Below, in pieces: positions 36,454-49,831 of a DNA stretch of 64,000 nt. This DNA comes from Leucoraja ocellata. Its lineage: Eukaryota. The notes below the pieces were generated by a model. It searched no databases and was not told the origin of the DNA. It saw nothing but the letters and a program-made list of their open reading frames with translations. Both the position numbers and the translations under genes were made by a program. Position 1 is the first letter of the stretch. The number at the start of each line of letters is the position of its first letter. Where the stretch lies: contig JAWMAR010000028.1 of assembly GCA_036785375.1 (NCBI GenBank), positions 10,044,001-10,108,000 on the forward strand, in the 5' to 3' direction.

Positions 36454-36729
36454 AGAATATATTGAGGTTGGCATATGTTCGTTTTTCTTCTGTGCCGCAT
36501 TTTGCGGAACAAGTGTACTTGTGTTGGTTCTGCGGGGTAACCGCGGAGATGGTGAATGTGGACACCGAGCCCCGAGTTGTGATTGTTCCGCCCAGGGGGT
36601 TATCGGTCCCGATTCTCCACGTGAAGGTTGGAGACGAGCAGCTCTTCGCCACACAGATCAACTGCAGCGAGTCCCCGATACGAGCCCACACGTTTCTAGA
36701 CGGGTTTAACTCCAACTTGAAGGCGGATC
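36454..36729 (-). CDS. VCAM1: VCAM1-like copy B exon 2, Ig D1
   Basis: 276 bp, open, TDNPL motif and four Cys intact. Confidence 0.87.
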
Positions 36730-36917
36730 CTGCAGTTTTGAAACAACACAAAAACAATATATATTTTTTAAACTTACAAGTTTAACGCTTTAAATATTCA
36801 CCTCTTTGTTTTTTTAAACAAACAGATACCAAAATTGATACTTTGGTGCCTGATATTTAACACAAGACGAATCCGAAGAAAATGCAGATTATTAATGGTG
36901 TAAAATAAATGAGAAAC

Positions 36918-36978
36918 CTGTGGCGAGCATCAATGCAAGAGTAATTGTAGCGGCTGGGTCGCATCTGTCTCCAGCCAT
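36918..36978 (-). CDS. VCAM1: VCAM1-like copy B exon 1, signal peptide
   Basis: MAGDRCDPAATITLALMLAT(G), phase-1 donor. Confidence 0.82.
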
Positions 36979-37019
36979 GGTTCAGCGGCACTCGGACACA
37001 CACACACACACAAGCCGAG

Positions 37020-37195
37020 GTTGACTTCACTTCTTCAAGGGGCGTCAGGCTCTGGAGCTGTGAGCCTGGGCTCCGCCGCCCCGCTTTATAACCCTGTCTG
37101 GAAGAGCAGGGAACTTCCCTTGGCTTCAGGCGAACAATCCCCACCACGCACCGTTCACTGGCTCCTGGTCTTTCTCTGCTGAAGGGAATTTACCA
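37020..37195 (-). promoter_or_regulatory. Copy B promoter (TATA, NF-kB)
   Basis: TATAAA 37090-37085; GGGAACTTCCC 37109-37119; GGGAATTTACC near 37184. Confidence 0.68.
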
Positions 37196-38582
37196 CAAAG
37201 GGCATCGCAGTTTAAATAAACACATATAAAAAACATTTTTCCCAGGTTTGCCAATTCCATATCTTGCAAATCATAACTAGACACTTATGGAAGCGCAGAA
37301 TCACATTTTTTTGTTAAATGCATTTTACGCACGAACGAGAGCCTCTCGGCCCATCGGATTCGTGCCAGCACAAACTAAGGGCCATCCATTTGGATCCCAC
37401 TTGCTCCTCTCCCCATGATCCTGCAAATCCTTCCATTAATGTTTCCAGCTTTCTTGGAATGCAAACACGGAATGTGTTTCGTTTCTCTCATGTCACTATT
37501 AATTATTTGCCAAACGCCTTAATTCTTTTTCACCTCCTTTTTGACGCCAAGACCAATGGGTCCATTTATTTTCCACTTTCAACCATCTTCACTGACCTGT
37601 CCCCTCATCAGTTTCCTCCCGTGTTATGTTTCAACGAGACTATAGAAGGACACGTATAGAATGTAGCACAGGGTGGGGGTTATAAAGCGGGTCTCTACCA
37701 GAGCACCTCATATGTCAGATCATACCCCAAGTACCTCTGCTCATGCACCTCTTTTGGGACAGGATGCTTCATTCCACATTGTCCTGCCCACCAAACTGCA
37801 ACACTGTACATTTCTCTGCTTGAGGATCAAAGGAAATATTTTAGGAGTGGATCATTTGTCCCCTCCAGCTTGCTCTGCTAATCATCAAGATCATAGCCGA
37901 TCTTCGAACTCCATCTCATTTTCTCTGACTGTTCATAAATCCCTTCCTTCCCTGAATATCTGAATATACACAATACACAATACACAATACACTTTATTTG
38001 TCACTTGAACCTCATAGAGGCTCAAATGAAATGTTGTTTCTGCAGTCATACACACGCTCCTCATCTGAGTCCTAAATTATCTAATGTTGTTCTGGTTCAA
38101 ATTCCTGAAAGGGAAAACATCCTCCCTGCATCCTCTCATTCTAATCTAGAGAGAAAAACAGGTCCAGTCTATTCAATATCTCCCAATGAAAACTTACCAT
38201 TCCTGGAAGCAGTCTGCTGATTTTTTTTTTTGCACTCCCTTTATACAAGAACATGTCTTTTGGTTACAGAGAACAAAACTGAACATAATGCCCCACGTGT
38301 AGTCTTCCTAAGGATCTTTATAATTGCAGAAAGACATCCTTATGCCTGGACTCAAATACTCTCATCATAAGGTTACATACTTTTGCTTCCTAAATTCTGC
38401 TCTAACTCCATTTACATGTTTGTCGATGATACCACCATAGTGGATCGAAACTCAAACAATGATGAGATGGAGTACAGGAAGTAGAGAGATTAGTAATAGG
38501 GTAGACACAAAATGCTGGAGTAACTCAGCGGGACAGGCAGCATCTCTGGAGAGAAGGAATGGGCGACGTTTCGGGTCAAGAC

Positions 38583-41500
38583 AGGTAGGTTTGCCACTGC
38601 TACACCGGTGGTTTTAAACTGAATAAGGGGATGGGGTGTCAAATGGGATAGTCGAGGATGGAGTTAAAGGGAAAGCGAGTAAAGGGATGGTTAATGACCT
38701 CAATATTAACAGGAAAGGAAGCTCACAAAGGGATAGGAGAGTATGGACAAGTGTAATAGAGATCGATGTGAAAGGTGAGATGTGTAAGGAATTAAAAGTA
38801 TTGTATATGAATGCGCAAAGTATAAGAAGTAAAGTAGATGAGCTTGAGACTCAGTTAGAAGTTGGTAGATATGACATTATAGAAACATAGAAACATAGAA
38901 ATTGGGTGCAGGAGTAGGCCATTCAGCCCTTCGACGTCTCAGTAATCCCCATTATGGGGATTACTGAGACGTGGTTGCAGGAGAATCAGCCTGGGAACTT
39001 AATATTCAGGGTTATACATCCTATAGAAAGGACAGGCAGGTGGTCAGAGAAGGGGGGGTAGCTCTGCTGGTGAGGGAGGGAATTCAGTCTGTTGCGAGGG
39101 AAGACATAGGGACTGATGAGGTAGGGTCACTGTAGATTGAGTTGAGGAATTGTAAAGGCAAGAAGACACTAATTGGTGTTATTTCAGACCCCCAAATAGT
39201 AGCCCGGATGTAGGGTGTAAGTTGCAGCAGGAGTTAAAACTGGCATGTAACAAAGGTAATGCCACTGTGGTGATGGGGGATTTCAATATGCAGGTACACT
39301 GGGAAAATCAGGTTGGTTCAGGACCCCAAGAAAGAGAGTTTGTCGAATGCCTCCGAGATGGATTCTTCGAGCAGCTTTTAATGCAGCCGACCAGAGAAAA
39401 GGCAATTCGGGATTTAGTGTTGTCCAATGAACCAGATATGATAAGAGAACTCGAGGAAAAGGAACCGCTTGGAGGTAGTGATCATAATATGATTAGTTTT
39501 AATCTGAAATTTGAGAAGGAGAATGTTAAATCGGAAGTGGCAGTGATGCAGTTCAACAAAGGAGACTATGAAGGCATGAGAGGGAAGCTGGCCAAAGTAG
39601 ACTGGAAAGGGATCCTAGCAGGAATGACGGTGGAACAGCAATGGCAGGAATTTCTGGGCATAATCCGGAAGACGCAGGAGCATTTCATTCCATAAAGGAA
39701 GAAAGATTCTTTTTTTTTTTTTTTTTTTTAATTTTTTTATTATTGGAGATAGGTACATAATCTATTACATCATTACTGTCTTACATTTTTAAATTGATAA
39801 TATTGTCAGTTATTATTACATTGTCTCCAATACTTTTTGCATTTTTCTTCGTTTTTTTTATAACTAGATAGAGCTAAAGGGATAGATGAAATAGAGAGAG
39901 GGAAGAAGGAGAAAGAAAACTAAAATTAAAAAAAAAGGAAGAGGAGTGAAAGAGGTAATTGAAGAAGAATGGAAAAATTTGTTAGAGTTTAAAAACATCA
40001 TTCGAGATATGTTCGTACATTTCGAAGTATAGCATTTCATCCAATCTTTAGTCCGGGTGCTAGTCAGGTTCCTGTGCTGAACTATTCTGACCCTTTAAAT
40101 AATCAATAAAAGGAGACCATGTTCCAACGAATAATTCCTGTTTGTCCAACAGGGAAAATCTGATTCTTTCCACGTTTAAGGTCTCCGTCATTTCTATAAT
40201 CCACATTTTGATTGTAGGGCCTTTCCAAAATTTTAGGATTAATTTTTTTCCTGTTATTAAACTGTAATCGATAAAGTTTCTTTGTGTTATTCTAAGTGTT
40301 TGATTTAATTCTAATATTCCGAGTATTATTAATTTTGAGTTTGGTTCCAGTTGTGTGTTGGTTACTTTGGATATTATACTAAAAATATTTACCCAAAAAT
40401 TTTTAATTTTTGTACAGTTTGTAAACATGTGCGATAACGTAGCTTCTAAATGTTGACATTTATCACATATAGGTGAGATATGTTGAAAAATGTTATGTAA
40501 TTTTGTTTTGGCGTAATGTAACCTATGTATTACTTTAAATTGTATTAGAGAGTGTCTTGCGTTTAGTGAACACTGATGTATGTGTTGTAAACTTTCTTCC
40601 CAAGTGTCTTTCGTTATTACCTGATTTAATTCTTTTTCCCATGCTTGTCTGTGAAAGTCCGTCAAAGGAATGTCACTGTCTAATAAGATATTATATATAT
40701 AAGATATTAATTTTTCTGTATTAGGATGCTTATTCCAACATTCATCAAGAATCTCTGGGTTTCTATTTCGAAAATTTTTAGAATTCGATTTAACATAATC
40801 TCTAAGTTGAAGATATCTGAAATAATCATTTCCTCGAAGTCCATAAGTCTGTTGCAACTCCTGAAATGTCAAAAAAGAGCCTTCCTTGTAAAGGTGTCCC
40901 ATATTTTTAATTCCATAATTCTTCCATTGTGTAAAACCCCCGTCTAAACATGAAGGCTTAAACAATGAATTATTCACAATTGGAAGAAAAAGAGATAAGT
41001 TATCTAATTTTAATGTCTTTTTTAATTGTTTCCAAATTTTTATAGCACTAAATATTATAGGGTTTTCCCTGTAAATTTTCTTGTTTAATTTAGACGTAGC
41101 AAATAATATCGAACCAATATCATAAGGCATACAATCTTCCTTTTCCATTTTTAACCAGTCCGGTTGCTGGTCTATTTCTCCCAACCAGAAGTTCATATTT
41201 TTAATATTAACTGCCCAGAAATAAAACAAAAAGTTAGGTAAAACCAAGCCTCCATTATTTTTTGATTTACACAGGTGTCTTTTGCTTATCCTATGATTCT
41301 TATAATCCCAGATAAAATCATTAACAATAGAGTCCAATTTTTTAAAGAAGTTTTTTGCCAGGTATATCGGAATCGTCTGAAAAAGGTATAATATTTGCGG
41401 TAAAAAAATCATTTTTATGGCATTAATTTTGCCAACCATTGAAATAGGTAATGTTTTCCAGTATTGGATATTCTTATGTAATTTATTCAATAATGGGGGG

Positions 41501-42112
41501 AAATTTGCTTTAAATAATGATGTATATATCTTAGTTACATAGATACCTAGATATTTAAATTTTTCATTTACTACTTTAAATGGGAATTGTTGTATTATCT
41601 GTTTGTTATATTCCCTTATTGGCATAATTTCACTTTTATTCCAATTTATTCTGTATCCTGAAAGTGCACCGAATTGGTTTATTAGTTTTAATAGGTTTGG
41701 GATACTAATTTCTGGTTTTGTGATGTAAATTAATACGTCATCTGCGTATAGAGAAATTTTATTCACTGTGTCTTTAGTGTTATACCCATATATTTCTGGA
41801 TGCCCCCTAATTCTTTCTGCAAGTGGCTCAATTGCAAGTGCAAATAGTAATGGAGATAACGGGCATCCTTGTCTACAACCTCTAGATAGACTGAATTTAG
41901 ATGACAGTCTTTGGTTGGTAAGTATTCTAGCCGTAGGATTTGTGTATAGCAGTTTTATCCATGTGCAGGAACAGCAATGGCAGGAATTTCTGGGCATAAT
42001 CCGGAAGACGCAGGAGCATTTCATTCCAAAAAGGAAGAAAGATTCTAAGGGGAGTAGGAGGCAACCGTGGCTGACAAGAGAAGTTAGGGATAGAATAAAA
42101 CAAAAAGAAAAG
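38583..42112 (+). mobile_element. CR1 LINE endonuclease-region fragment, split by an L1 insertion
   Basis: LYMNAQSIRSKVDELE, VVMGDFN, LGGSDHNMISF; resumes at 41968. Confidence 0.85.
39711..41967 (-). mobile_element. Young 5'-truncated L1/Tx1 element with an uninterrupted ORF2 3' part
   Basis: About 635 open codons (RQGCPLSPLLF, LYADD, CDKC...H...C); A-tail (T-run 39710-39729); 79-bp flanking duplication. Confidence 0.93.
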
Positions 42113-42177
42113 GGGCCAAAGATATAAGCAATGTTCCAGGTTTGTTGTTGCACACAGCAGGATTTATTAATAGTTTT

Positions 42178-42356
42178 GGGTGGCACAGTGGCACAGCGGT
42201 AGAGTTACTGCCTGACAACACCCGAGACCCAGGTTCAATTCTGATTACTGGTGCTGTCCGTATGGAGTTTGTACATTCTCCCTGATTTCTGTGTTGGTTT
42301 CTCTGGGTGCTTCAGTTCCCTCCCACACTCCAAAGACGTGCAAGTTTTGTAGCTTA
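42178..42356 (+). mobile_element. tRNA-derived SINE (HE1/V-SINE-like), truncated
   Basis: A box TGGCACAGCGG, B box GGTTCAATTC, core GGAGTTTGTACATTCTCCC. Confidence 0.75.
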
Positions 42357-43360
42357 ATTTTACTTCGGAGTCACGTGAGGGACTCCATGAAAGAAGCCCG
42401 CTACTGCGCATGCGTGACATTGTCAAGTTATTAATGGCAAGAAACAGTAAGATAACTATATTTGGAATGTAAGTGTGGCTTTGATCTTGCTAAGGAATTG
42501 GTCGCCGGCTACAGCATTAAATCTGGATAACTAACTAGAAATGGAATGCTGATAGCGCTAGTCACAGTGCATAAGCTCCAGTTATTGCTAAAAGTAAGAC
42601 TGGATGGCTTCACTATTGCGGCACGAAGATTGAGGTTTGTGATCCAGGACCGTATTATTAAACAAAATAGGCCAGGATTAGCGGGGCAGGTCATAGAATT
42701 GATGGCCTACCCGGAGGACAATGCCTCTGTATAGTAAAGTACGGTTTTGTTATACAGTAAGGAAATAAGGCTATCAGAGGCAAGGAATTGGCGTTTAATC
42801 AGCTATAAGATACTGTACCATAGAGTGTAACTCAGACCATTTCGCGGTGGCTGAAATATGGGATATGATAGGCGGGAGTGGACAATAACATATTTAATTC
42901 TCACCCCACCAGGGCTGCAGCTACATCTGCAGCAAAACGCCTTGATGTATCCATGGACCAAATCCTCAGGATTGCAGGGGTTGTTGGAGAATACGTTTCA
43001 GAAATGTTAACAAACCAGTTAGCAGTATGGGAACGTTTTTTCGGGGAACAATTTTAAGTTCTGTATGATAATTTATCCCTGAAGAATACAGGGTTATGAT
43101 TTGAATTAATTCGATATTATTTATCATTTCCATTAAATAATTGGTATGAATGCTTTGAATATAATTAACAATTTCTCTCTAACTACCAAGGCAGTTGTGA
43201 AGCATGGACTCGTTTCCACGGCATGAGGTCACAGAGCTTTGAAATCTTTCATGGAGTCCCTCACGTGACTCCGAAGTAAAATAGTAAGATTAAACGAGAA
43301 CTTACCAGTTTGAAGTTTGATCTGTATTTTATGAGGAGGAACGTTGAGGGAATACATGCA
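42357..43360 (+). mobile_element. Internally deleted DIRS-like tyrosine-recombinase retroelement
   Basis: 38-bp inverted repeats 42357-42394 / 43245-43282; SHPTRAAATSAAKRLDVSMDQILRIAG (recombinase HxxR box) at 42899-42979. Confidence 0.75.
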
Positions 43361-43959
43361 TCTCTAAACTTAACTAAAACTAAACTATATTTATATTACA
43401 TCCCCTTCAAAATAAAAATTTAACTTACTTTACTTTATTTGACTTTACCTTATTCTGCTGCATCCTGTGTTCATTACATAGTTAGTCTCTGTCCCTGGTT
43501 CAAAATATGCATTGATAGAGAGAGAAATACAATTCTTAGCTCAAGTTGATTCATTTTCTTCAGAATTGAGGAAAGTTAGCAATTTATTGTGACAGTAAAG
43601 ATTTTGCTGTTTTGATTTTCTCATTTATAAACTCAGCCATAAACTCGTCCAAAATGAAAGTGGGCTTGTCCTGTTTAATAGGTACACAAAAATGCTGGAG
43701 AAACTCAGCGGGTGCAGCAGCATCTATGGAGCAAAGGAAATAGGCGACGTTTCGGGCCGAAACCCTTCTTATACTGCTCAGGATGAGAATGTGCAAAAAT
43801 CATTATTTTATTTGGCTTTTGTACAAATTTACAATTATTTTAATGGAAATTAGTCTGATTTGGTGTCAAACTAACCAAACATGGATTCATTCACTTTCTT
43901 GTTTTTACTTGCTCCTCAACTGCCTCTAGAATTCCTTGCAAAATGTTATTCAAAGAAAA

Positions 43960-44792
43960 ACTGCCGACTGGACCCCCCTACGACAATGTCTCCAACACGT
44001 TACAACAACCTACCACCTAGTCGGCATCAAGCTACCGCAAGCCACCGACAACTGGTGACCCTTTAGGAAGTCCATCTACGACCACACCTACGACAACCTA
44101 CGTCCACCCGCGACAAGCTACGACCCTGTCGGCGACAACTGAAGACAACGTCAGCCAATTCAATCACCGGTACCTGTCGCCAGTTGACGAAGGTTGACGT
44201 AGGCAGTCGCCAATGGAATTCACCGAAGTCAGCACCCGGCGACAACCTGCGTCACCTGGCGACAAACTGCGTGATCATGGTGACAACCTACGACAGCACC
44301 TATGTCAGGAGACAACACCTAAGTCAAGCTACGCTCATTGACATCAAGCCCACTGTCGCCCACTGTCGCCGAAAATGTTTGAACATTTCAAAATCCAGCG
44401 GGGACCAGAAAAACTCTACAATTCTTTGGGCGACTGAGGAGACGACTCACGACCGTACAGGCGACACCCCGGCGACCATGTGGCGACAGCCTAGTCCCCT
44501 ATAGTCATGTGAAAAATCGCCTCGGGCCTGTCCCACTTAGGCGATATTTTAGGCGACTACAGTCGACTGCCGAAAAGTTTTTAACATGTTGAAAATTTTT
44601 CAGTGAGAGTGGCGACAATTTGGGCTGTCATAGATTGTCGTAGCTTGTTGTAGGGGCTGTCGTAGGTGCTGCCGTAGGTTGTCGCCAGGTTAACGTAGCT
44701 TGTCGCCAAGTGACTTAGGTTGTCGCCGGGTGCTGACATTGTCCTCGTCACTGGTAGTCGCCTAGAAAAATAACCTAAGTGTGACAGGCCCT
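43960..44792. mobile_element. Harbinger-like MITE pieces (palindromic family)
   Basis: GGGCCTGTCCCACTTAGG at 44525 and its inverse CCTAAGTGTGACAGGCCC at 44774-44791. Confidence 0.6.
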
Positions 44793-44803
44793 TTACTGAA
44801 ATA

Positions 44804-45247
44804 CAGTGGGACAGGCCCAGTGTGACAGGCCCAGTGGGCAGGCCCAGTGTGACAGGCTCAGTGTGACAGGCCCAGTGGGCAGGCCCAGTGTGACAGGCTC
44901 AGTGTGACAGGCCCAGTGTGACAGGCCCAGTGGGCAGGCCCAGTGTGACAGGCCCAGTGTGACAGGCCCAGTGGGCAGGCCCAGTGTGACAGGCTCAGTG
45001 TGACAGGCCCAGTGTGACAGGCCCAGTGGGACAGGCCCAGTGTGACAGGCCCAGTGTGACAGGCTCAGTGTGACAGGCCCAGTGTGACAGGCTCAGTGTG
45101 ACAGGCCCAGTGTGACAGGCCCAGTGGGACAGGCCCAGTGTGACAGGCCCCGTGGGACAGGCCCAGTGTGACAAGCCCAGTGTGACAGGCCCAGTGTGAC
45201 AGGCCCAGTGTGACAGGCCCAGTGTGACAGGCCCAGTGTGACAGGCC
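44804..45247. repeat. 14-bp minisatellite (CAGTGTGACAGGCC)n, about 30 units
   Basis: Directly visible; the unit matches the MITE terminus. Confidence 0.97.
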
Positions 45248-46049
45248 CTTTACTGAAATACAGAGGATTGTTCACTATGAAAGGCTTGGCAGTAACTCTG
45301 CATTCTGCTGCTTCATAGAACAAAATCATTTCCGAAAGAACAGGATGTCTACTTTGCTGTTACAGCTATGTTCCACTTAGCATTCAACTCCCTGTTGCCA
45401 TAATTGTTATTGTGTGATTTGGTTTCAAAGAATCACTTTTTGCAAAAGCTTCTTCGGAAAAGAAAGAAGTAAGGACACCGACTGGTTCGAGGCATACTTA
45501 GATGAAATGTCACTCATCATTGAAGCCATAGGTCCAACCATGTCCAAAATTGCTTCTCTGAAATCTGCAGACCTGACCATCATCACTGGCAAAAACAAGC
45601 AGGTGGATCACTGTGTCGAACATCATTCTCAGCCACATTCATGCTAGGCTGACATCTCCTCTGCAACTCTTGATGCTCTCCCTCAGGTGCCAGCGAACCC
45701 GAGTGCTCAGGTGCCGGAAACAGGCCCTTTGGCCTACTGTTTAATGAAGAGCCTGAACTCTGAATATGCAGACACATACTGCAGCTCACCTACAAATATT
45801 GGGGTGGCATTGGTTCTTGAGTGGAAGTTGTGAAGGTTGATAGTTTTTCATCAGCCCGGTGGATAAGTAACATTCCAGCGGAATGCTTATTGTTTGCCCC
45901 TCTGATTCCATGCCCTCCCATCTGCTTTGGAGACTTGGACTAGCCACAGCCACCATCTCAAAGCACTGGTGAGGGACCACTAAAAATGGCTCACAAAAAT
46001 CTTCCAATGAACAGTTTTGGGCCTCATATCTGATGAAGGATGTGCTGAC

Positions 46050-46550
46050 TTTGGAGAGGGTCCGGAGGAGAACAATCCCATGAATATTTGGGTTAACAGA
46101 GGCGGAGCGTTTGAAGACTCTGGGTCTATTCATGCTGAAGTTTTGATGGATAAGGAGGGATCTCATGGAAACCCACTGGATCGTGAAAGGCCTAGATTGA
46201 GTGGATGTGGAGAGGATGTTTCCAGTAATGGGAGAATCTAGAAGCAGTTGGGGAACAGCCTCAGAATAAAAGGATGGACCTTCTAAATGGAGTTGAGGAG
46301 GAATTTCTTTAGCCAAAGGGTGGTGAATCTGTGGAATTAATTGCCACAGATGGTTGTGGAGGACAAGTCATTGGGTATTTTTAAGGCAGAGATTGATAGG
46401 TTATTGATTAGGGAAGGCGTCAAAGGTTATGGAGAGAACACAGGAGAATGGGGTTCAGAGGGGAAAAAATAGATCAGCCATGATTAAATGGCAGAGGAGA
46501 CTCAATGGGCTGAATGGCCTAATTTTGTCTCTATGGTTTTATGGTTTTCA
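46050..46550 (+). mobile_element. Degenerate CR1 3' fragment
   Basis: Homologous to 20700-20987 and the CR1 3' UTR. Confidence 0.75.
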
Positions 46551-47211
46551 TCTATCGGAAGGTAAAGCCAATTATTGTCTACTCTCAGTATTTTTGGTAT
46601 TGTGGTCCAAGGTACACCTAGTCTGCTCCATCAGATAGACCACATTGTACAGAAGCCTGACAATACACTCTCAAAACAGAATCTCAATTCTAAGCTCCAT
46701 CATAGTAAGAGACACTGAGTTACACAAAGGTTCAGGGATAGTTTTCAAACGTGCTTGAAAGGATGTCACATTTCCACTGATTTCTGGGAATACCTGGTCC
46801 ATTAGTGCTCAAGGTGGAGGGGATTCCAGATGATCATATAATCCTTCAGCCCATGTGTTGGGAGCTTCTAGGAGCCCAACATAAATGATGGATAGAGCAC
46901 ATCACCTCTGACACTACACACTCGCTGGTCCCATTGATCCAGAGTTGCTGCCTGATCCAGGGTTGGTGTCAATTCCTTTAAATGCACTCTGACCCATAGG
47001 TACATTTACGTTAATCTCTCCAACACCCCATTCTATTCTTATCAATATGTCACAGATCGTCACTGTGATCGTTACCATGCTGAAACCTCACTACAGGATA
47101 CTAGACTTGGTTTAGAGGTTTATTATTACTATCCTAATAGCCAGCTCTTCTACCTCCTATAGAGGCCTAAGTTGCCATGAGATTCGACCCACTGTTTCTT
47201 ACTTCGTTTTT

Positions 47212-47490
47212 TTAGTTTAGAGAGATACAGCATGGAAACAGGCACTTCGGCCCACCGAGTCCGTGCTAACCAATGATCATCCATACACCAGTTCTATCCT
47301 CTACGCTAGGGGCAATTAATCTACAAACCTGCACATCCCTAGGACGTGGGAAGAAACTGGAGCACATGGGGAAAACCCGTGCGGTCACAGGGAGAGCGTA
47401 CAATCTCCGCACAGACAGCACCCATAGTGAGGATCGAACCTGGGTCTCATGTGCTGTATGGCAACAACTCTACCGCTGAGCCACTGCATA
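47212..47490 (-). mobile_element. tRNA-derived SINE (HE1-like)
   Basis: Reverse complement has A box TGGCTCAGCGG, B box GGTTCGATCC and an (AAACT)-type tail. Confidence 0.75.
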
Positions 47491-49581
47491 ACGTTGAGCT
47501 TTCCTTTACTAGTGGAGATGGTCACACCATGCATTAATGTTTTCTAGCCATCGTCTCATTAACATTCTACCCTGTCCCAACCTCTTTGTTTCATCTAAGA
47601 ATGAAGGGAGGGGTAGTCCGTGTGTGCCTTGGCTCCACCATCAATTTGATGTTGACCTCAAATGCATTTTACTGCCCATTCCCCATGACTCTTGTATAGT
47701 ACAAAAATATCAACATTAAGCTTGAATATATTCAAAGACGGCCTCCAAAGATTCACAACATTCTGAGAGCTAAAATCCCTCCTTATCTCACACGTACTTG
47801 TCTGACCCACTATTCCTGGCTGGTGATCCGGGGAATAATCTTCAGTGTGGAAATAAACACTATCCAACTAGTCTAAATAAACACAAAGATCTCAAAACGA
47901 CTCTACTCCTCAAATGTTTCCACCCTGTGGTACTTCATAATCTTTGAAATTGCATTATCAAACCATTACTTTATTTTCTGTTTCCTCCTCACATACTCTT
48001 TTTTTAAAATCATTGGTGATATCCTATATACATGGCCTTTGACCTATATGTGTTAGTAACTCATTTTAAATGCTAAGAATTTTAAAGACAGTCATTTTGG
48101 TCTAATATATCACAATTTCTTTGGGATACCAGGTTCCCAAGAGGTTGTGCAGCTCGTATAGTTTATTTTTTCTGCAGCTCAAAAGTGTTTGTTAAATCAA
48201 AGTTGCTCTCCATATATTAAATTTCATAAACGTAGAAGATTTAGAAAGCTAAATTCTAAACAAATAAACGTGTCACATTTACAGTAAGTGCTTTGACTGA
48301 ACCTATAGAGTAACATTACTGTGATTATATTTAAATCTCAGACCATCAGGATTCACAGACTATCATGAGAAAGAGCTCAGATAATTATACAGTTTATTAA
48401 AACCCGCAACATTAGTCAATATAATCAGTAGTACAAGTGTCCACACAAGTTCTCAGATATTCACTCGCTTTTAGAACCAGCCAAATCATTCATTCTAGAC
48501 ATGCAATCTTTCCTGGACTGACAGCATTGCAAAATGTACTGGAACTGGACTTTGTTTAAAATGATTGCAAGTGTCACTGAAATTCCTGGTTTTCACGTTG
48601 GAAACTTATTATTCTCAAATGTTGACAACAGCAAAGTTGACAATATTATATTCTAATTGTGAAAAATCTTTGCTAATATTTTAAATCACTTAATTTGAGA
48701 GGTGTATTCAGTCAAAACATAAATAATATTGTAATTAATTTGTTTAATCTGTTCTTGCAGGCTGTGACATTAGGTGAAAAAATGATTGAAATAACATGTG
48801 GGGACAGTAATTGACTTTAACAATAGTTTAGTTCAATGAGTACAATTCATTTGGTTTGGATTTCCAGTTCCAGCTTCAGAAAACGAAGTCACTGATCAAT
48901 AGTCCTCAGCTGAGAGTTCAGTACCTAAACCAGCACACAGTTCCGAGATTCAGCCACAATGGAAGATGTCCCAGTTCAATGTGTAGGGAATGCATTGCAA
49001 AAGTGGTTCAAACGTTCTAGGAAGAATGCAGCAGCATTTAAAAAATATATATATACAGATAATCACCAGCATCGCCGTAGGAGGTCAAATAATCTTTGAT
49101 CCATAGACAGTAGAACAGTAAGTGTAAAGTGCCTTGCTCCTGGCTCACATATGGCCTCCCATTCCCCACAGGGGAAGGATGGGATCAAGTCCAGCACCAT
49201 TTTGCATCTGAAAAAACTAGATCTGTTTCACTGAAGAATGCTAATAGTTTGAATTGTACTTGGCACATGGGAGAGAGATATCGAAAATGCATTTTAGGCC
49301 AGATAACTTTTTGAAGTGAATTGTTTGTGCACTATTTCCTTAGCACAGTACTATTCCTCACAAGAACACCAGCAAATTCAAATTACAGAGTATTATATAC
49401 AATAAAGTGCCCTAAGTTTGTCTACTGTACACTTTTTAGATAGCAGCTGTTGGTAATATTTTGAATCGTGTTATAACCCAACACCTTTATTTCCCAACTC
49501 CCTGCCCCTAGCAGCACAGTCCCAGAGATTGATCGGTGCTAGAAGTGTGAATGTCCATTCCTTTGATCCTTTGTTTACACT

Positions 49582-49748
49582 TCACAGTATCTCTCCTGCT
49601 ATATTGTAAGATTTTGTCAAGCTTCTGCGAAAGGCATAAAACAGAGCAGAACATATCAGTCCTGCTGATGCAAATGTGGCTCCTGCGCATAATGTTTCCA
49701 GAACACCCGGAGGAATCTCGGCAGGAGTTGTGATATCAGTTATTTTTT
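49582..49748 (-). CDS. VCAM1: VCAM1-like copy C terminal exon (TM + cytoplasmic tail)
   Basis: EKITDITTPAEIPPGVLETLCAGATFASAGLICSALFYAFRRSLTKSYNIAGEIL*; good acceptor. Confidence 0.86.
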
Positions 49749-49831
49749 CTGAAAAAAGACAGAAGAATATTTTTAAAGAACAATATCAGTAAAATACATT
49801 CTCCACACAACAATTCTCAATCTAAACTTAC

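Noticed and set aside
28188-38582. Copies as haplotig or assembly duplication artefacts
   Set aside because: Each copy has private TE insertions with empty sites in the others and distinct substitutions; read-level confirmation is still advisable
40060-42186. 708-aa ORF as a host gene or full-length L1 ORF2
   Set aside because: The first 70 or so codons are antisense CR1 and flank joined by chance; the L1 is 5'-truncated, lacking the endonuclease and the start of the RT
42178-42260. tRNA gene
   Set aside because: A and B boxes are followed by a SINE core and no cloverleaf is evident; related copies occur at 18297 and 47212-47490
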